From Candidatus Woesearchaeota archaeon (lineage in GTDB: Archaea > Nanobdellota > Nanobdellia > Pacearchaeales > GW2011-AR1), in NCBI GenBank assembly GCA_964516745.1, contig CAZEYD010000001.1, forward strand, positions 17,234 to 81,233: a stretch of DNA of 64,000 nt, given 5' to 3'. The position numbers and the translations under genes were made by a program. Every line of letters starts with the position of its first letter. Within the stretch, counting starts at the first letter, position 1. Shown here one piece after another: positions 60,092 to 64,000 of this stretch. A model generated the notes under the pieces. It saw only the letters and a program-made list of their open reading frames with translations. It ran no database searches and had not been told where the DNA came from.

Positions 60092-61563
60092 TTAACGACC
60101 TCTCTTAAAGATTTCACAATTTCAACTTCAGCAAGAGTATCCAACTTACAATATTTCTCCAAGTCTTCACGAACTTTCTTTTTATCTTCTTCAGAAACAT
60201 CTCCAAAAGTAACTCTTTCATACTCCAAACTTGCAAGAATCCCATTTTTTATGTCCAAATCAGAATAACTCAATTCACTTAATATTGGAAGAACGTATTT
60301 TATTGATGCTGACCCGTTTTGTTTTGGATCATAATAATAAAAATTACGAAATACATCCCATAAATCTTTGATTCTAGGCAAAATATTTTCATCATACCAC
60401 TCCCTAAATTCTGGCAACAAAATTACAGACTCATTTAAGACCCCTTTTTCAAAACCTTGGTTATATACAAGAATATCTCCTTTGTCTCCTAAATTCTCTC
60501 TTAGAGAGCTTAAAAACTCCCTTTTTGTGTCTTCTATACCCTCAGCAAGATAAGAAATATGTTTCAATTTTCCGTCTTTTTCTTCTTGAACATGTAATGA
60601 ATATTGAAAAGGTATTCTTTGATATGGTTTCATTCCATCAAACTTTGGAATCGCAGGGTTAATTGTTTCAAAATCCAAATAATAAATTGGATATTGTAAA
60701 TTATCTAAGAAATTCTTAATTTCCCTTTCATCCTTGTGGATTCCACCGTCAAAAGCTAATCTTCTTTGAATTTGTTGTTTTTCGTTCAACTTAACATTTT
60801 CAGGAACATCATTCAACTTAGTAATCCCAGAATCATATAATTCAAACTTCTTCTTTGACAACATCCTATAAAGATTAAAAATACTTTCTTTCGGAATATC
60901 TTTCCAACATTCTGATTTTAAAGGACAATCGTAAGGATCAGAGCAATAAACTCCAATAGAAATTTTTGGTTCCTCTTTAGATTTAATGATTTTAAACATA
61001 TTTTCGATTCTTTCTTCAATTCCTGAGTTAAATTCTTCAACTTTTTCAGTAATGTCTTCTTGATGGAATAATTCATTCGGGTCAATTTCGCCATTTTTTA
61101 TATATTGGTTATTAATGTGCATAAGATAACATTTTCTAATTTTTATCCCAGATTTCTCATAAACATATTTTTGAAAACTAACATCGTGAATATTAACATC
61201 TTTTATTTTAGTCGCAGACTTAACTTCAACTATATCCCATTTGTCTTCTTCAACTGGCACAAGAATATCTCCCCTAGAAAACAAATTGTCAACTAAAAAA
61301 CCACATTCAAATATTGGCTTTCTTTCTTTCAAAGATTCAGTCGTTTTATCAATATTTTCCTTAAAATCTAGTTCAGATAAATCAATTCCGTCTGTAAAAA
61401 CCTTTGTTGCGAGTTCACCGATCAAAGTTCCCATTTCAAAATTGTGTTTTGCCGAGATATCTGGTTCTGGAATTCGTTCTTTTTGATTTTTAGTTATCCA
61501 TAGTAGTTTTGGACACTGTAATCCGAGAAGATAATTTGATTTGGTTAGTAGTTTACTTGCCAT
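60088..61563 (-). CDS. DUF2779 protein (Cas4-like PD-(D/E)XK N-domain plus RNase H-like C-domain)
   Basis: GLQCPK, RGDIL...IVEVKS, DVSFQ, CSDPYDCP..EC, YLDFET, VYN..FEK, YCKLDT. Confidence 0.85.
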   Translation of the reverse strand: MASKLLTKSNYLLGLQCPKLLWITKNQKERIPEPDISAKHNFEMGTLIGELATKVFTDGIDLSELDFKENIDKTTESLKERKPIFECGFLVDNLFSRGDILVPVEEDKWDIVEVKSATKIKDVNIHDVSFQKYVYEKSGIKIRKCYLMHINNQYIKNGEIDPNELFHQEDITEKVEEFNSGIEERIENMFKIIKSKEEPKISIGVYCSDPYDCPLKSECWKDIPKESIFNLYRMLSKKKFELYDSGITKLNDVPENVKLNEKQQIQRRLAFDGGIHKDEREIKNFLDNLQYPIYYLDFETINPAIPKFDGMKPYQRIPFQYSLHVQEEKDGKLKHISYLAEGIEDTKREFLSSLRENLGDKGDILVYNQGFEKGVLNESVILLPEFREWYDENILPRIKDLWDVFRNFYYYDPKQNGSASIKYVLPILSELSYSDLDIKNGILASLEYERVTFGDVSEEDKKKVREDLEKYCKLDTLAEVEIVKSLREVVK

Positions 61564-61566
61564 GGG

Positions 61567-62418
61567 CTAATTATCTTCTTGTCTTTTTAGCTCGTCAAGA
61601 GTCTTACCTTCTTTATTTCTCCATCCTGTCCACCCATTAGCAGGCCTTCCAACAACTACTGCAGCAGCAGCAGACGGAGAGTTAAAAACAAAATCTTTGG
61701 TAAAAATCATAGAATCTCCATCATCCTTTAATGTTCCTTCAGAAATTAACTTGTTTTTTATATTTAAGACCCATGCACCAAGACTAGCCGTGTTTTCCTT
61801 GTTTATTCTAGAACCTTCATATACTAAAAATCCATCCTCGGTTAGATTTCCTTTAGCATCAGCAAGTTTACTTTTACAGAAAAATATTTCCTCTTCTGTC
61901 TCAGCTTTTTTAGCAGGACTAAGAATTGGATAGCCTAACAAGTCTAAGATAAATTTTATTTCATCTAAAAATTGTAATATAAATTCTTCCTCATAGTCTG
62001 GCGCAGGCTGAATAACTTGTTCTTTTTTATTTTGTAATTTTGTTTGTCCTAGTTTAGTAGCTTCAAGTATTGAGTAAGCTTCCAAATATCCAACCTGAAC
62101 CTTGTTCAGACCATCTTCAGAATCTCCATAAAAACAAACTGCAAAATTCCAATCTTCCTTATTCTTATAATGGTTTTTTAATCTACTTACAAGATTTCCT
62201 TCCCCTATGTAAGTTTTAATCAAGGAATTTTCCTCTTTTTCACTAAATAAAAAGTAGATACCAGTACGATCAAGTAACTCATCTGAACCATTAGCTTCAT
62301 TAATAAGATTTTTCGGAACCACTATTGCCTTTAGTGGGAAAGTTGTTATATTAATTTTCTTCACACCCTTTGGATTTCCGTCAGGCAAATAAATGTTTAT
62401 TGATTTTCCCTTAGTCAT
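61567..62418 (-). CDS. GIY-YIG nuclease plus DUF4357 domain protein
   Basis: GIYFL...YIGEG; C-terminal FNSPSAAAAVVVGRPANGWTGW. Confidence 0.88.
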   Translation of the reverse strand: MTKGKSINIYLPDGNPKGVKKINITTFPLKAIVVPKNLINEANGSDELLDRTGIYFLFSEKEENSLIKTYIGEGNLVSRLKNHYKNKEDWNFAVCFYGDSEDGLNKVQVGYLEAYSILEATKLGQTKLQNKKEQVIQPAPDYEEEFILQFLDEIKFILDLLGYPILSPAKKAETEEEIFFCKSKLADAKGNLTEDGFLVYEGSRINKENTASLGAWVLNIKNKLISEGTLKDDGDSMIFTKDFVFNSPSAAAAVVVGRPANGWTGWRNKEGKTLDELKRQEDN

Positions 62419-62460
62419 GAGATAACATGTAAAACTTAGTTTTTAATTTTAATGTTTGGT

Positions 62461-62832
62461 TTATTTTACATAAACCCGAGATCCTTTAACCTCTAAAAAT
62501 TTTGCTTGGGGATTTTGTTCGGTATATGCTCGAAAACATCTTTTACAGCAAAAAGAAGTAGTATCTAATACTGGACCCAGTGTTATCTTCTGGCTCGGTT
62601 TCCCACAAACAACACATTCTTCTCTATTAACATTCTTTTTCATCTTCCTCTTTAAATCTATAATAGCCTCATCAAAAAATAAACTCGGACTAATATTGTT
62701 TTTATCCATCCATTTTTTATTTTCTTTTGTGGTTCGGACAGTAAGAATAACATCTTTGGGTTCTGGCTTTTGGATATTTGCTAGTTCTACCATGTAATAC
62801 TTATGTAATACTGGTTTATAAAATTTATCCAA
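62461..62832 (-). CDS. RHH-like DNA-binding domain fused to a TRASH/MYM-like zinc finger
   Basis: LTVRTTKENKKWMDKNNISPS; CVVCG...FCCKRC. Confidence 0.6.
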   Translation of the reverse strand: MDKFYKPVLHKYYMVELANIQKPEPKDVILTVRTTKENKKWMDKNNISPSLFFDEAIIDLKRKMKKNVNREECVVCGKPSQKITLGPVLDTTSFCCKRCFRAYTEQNPQAKFLEVKGSRVYVK

Positions 62833-62870
62833 GAATTTTTTGTGCTTTATTTAACTTAAGAACATGGATT

Positions 62871-63581
62871 CTAGGTATTGTATCGCTTTACAGTTTTGGC
62901 ATAATTTTCTATCCTTTTACTTCTTAACTTAACAAAATTAGTAACTCTTTTTTTATACAATAAATACTCATTAATATCAGAAAATCCTGGGTTAGTTTTG
63001 AAATCATCAAATGGTAAATAAAATTTAATATTGCCCTTTTCGTCAATTAAGTCTTCCAATAAAAAGAAGTGAATATAACCCCTAAAATTATCAAACAAAT
63101 CAAAGAAATTTTTATACCTCGATAAAGTATTATAAAGTGGACTTTTCTTCCCTAAATAAAAGAGGCGGATACACTCTAGTGTTAAGTCGAATCTGTCATC
63201 AATTTTTCCGTTAATTCCACGATCTTGATTGATTGTATTACCATCAATTTTTTTATTTGGAAAAACGATATAGGACCCAATTCTGGAATTAGAATCAAGA
63301 AATTCTTCCACTTCATTTGGGATTTGTTTTGTAAGCCAATGTTTTCGCACTTGGTTTTTATATGAATGCGTTATGGCATCGCTGCCCAAAAAGAATTCTC
63401 CTAGTTCAGATTTATGATATAAATAAGCGCCATTTTTATCATCACATAAATCAAAAACTTTACCATTTGGCAAAGGCTTGTTCCATAATATTTTATGATA
63501 TTTTTTTAATGTTGGACTATATTTGTCGGGATCACGATCCCCTGTTTCAGAGTAAAAATTAAAACTTGTGTCAATTATCAT
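62871..63581 (-). CDS. DUF6994-like protein
   Basis: DPDKYSPTL..YH..LW.K.LPNG, LGSDAI, TINQDRG, DRFDLTLECIR, SPL; family recalled from motifs. Confidence 0.65.
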   Translation of the reverse strand: MIIDTSFNFYSETGDRDPDKYSPTLKKYHKILWNKPLPNGKVFDLCDDKNGAYLYHKSELGEFFLGSDAITHSYKNQVRKHWLTKQIPNEVEEFLDSNSRIGSYIVFPNKKIDGNTINQDRGINGKIDDRFDLTLECIRLFYLGKKSPLYNTLSRYKNFFDLFDNFRGYIHFFLLEDLIDEKGNIKFYLPFDDFKTNPGFSDINEYLLYKKRVTNFVKLRSKRIENYAKTVKRYNT

Positions 63582-64000
63582 TTATTTCAAAACCTCCAAC
63601 AACCCTTCGATACTATCAATCTCAAAATCTGCCCCACTCTTGATTCTCTTCCCAACTCTACCATAAGCCGCATAACAAGTCTTAATTCCCATCTTCTTAG
63701 CAGTCTTAACATCCCTTTCAATTCTATCCCCCACCATCAAAGCCTCCCCTGGCTTAACCCCAAGCTTTCTAAGAGCAGAATTAAACGGAGCAACATTATT
63801 CTTCTGCTTTCTAACATCCCCAGAAGTAACGACTACATCAAAAAACTTGTCAATCCTAAGAGTCACAAGCCTAAACCAAGCATTTCTCCTAGGAGCATCA
63901 CTAACAATTGCCAACTTATACTTCTTCTTTAATTTCTTCAAAACATCCCTCGTGCCAGGGTAAGCAGAAAGATAAGAAGCCCTAAGCTCCCTATACGCAA
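63582..64000 (-). CDS. HAD-superfamily hydrolase (TIGR02253-like), 5' end outside the window
   Basis: AYPGTRDVLKKL, IVSDA, MVGDRIERD; the frame stays open to the window edge. Confidence 0.9.
   Translation of the reverse strand, partial: AYRELRASYLSAYPGTRDVLKKLKKKYKLAIVSDAPRRNAWFRLVTLRIDKFFDVVVTSGDVRKQKNNVAPFNSALRKLGVKPGEALMVGDRIERDVKTAKKMGIKTCYAAYGRVGKRIKSGADFEIDSIEGLLEVLK

Larger units (their letters stand above)
53861..63581. mobile_element. Defence/accessory island between tRNA-Leu and a HAD hydrolase gene (no integrase or att duplicate seen)
   Basis: Cluster of MTases, nucleases, helicase and RHH genes; the A/C-rich + strand skew of core genes weakens (judged by eye). Confidence 0.6.

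Noticed and set aside
60088-61563. DUF2779 protein as CRISPR adaptation Cas4
   Set aside because: No cas1/cas2 or array nearby, and it has an extra RNase H-like domain; treated as a solo Cas4-like nuclease

Overview
AT-rich archaeal chromosome segment, most consistent with a DPANN lineage such as Pacearchaeota or Woesearchaeota (inferred from gene content and protein style, not from a phylogeny). The backbone is housekeeping: aIF2-gamma and -beta, aIF1A, Dim2/KH, gyrB-gyrA, truD, GlyRS, two tandem AspRSs of different origin, aCPSF1-psmB, gatD, gatA, a DHH nuclease, glycosyltransferases and four tRNAs (intron-containing Tyr, Asn, initiator Met, Leu). Surface proteins include a membrane-anchored subtilase and a 3489-aa beta-helix/FG-GAP adhesin that share a C-terminal module. 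Two accessory regions stand out. (1) At 23.1-29.4 kb, three 1.5-2.4 kb integrase-free segments lie downstream of tRNA-Tyr, each closed by a degenerate copy of the tRNA 3' end joined to a shared ~25-30 bp non-tRNA arm. This looks like a tRNA-anchored gene-cassette array. (2) At 53.9-63.6 kb, a defence-like island follows tRNA-Leu. It carries an RHH regulator, an m5C MTase and an amino-MTase facing a nuclease-SF2 helicase-recognition-domain fusion, plus a GIY-YIG/DUF2779/HEPN nuclease run. No rRNA, CRISPR array, integrase or transposase was recognised. All family assignments come from motifs read by eye; no database searches were run.
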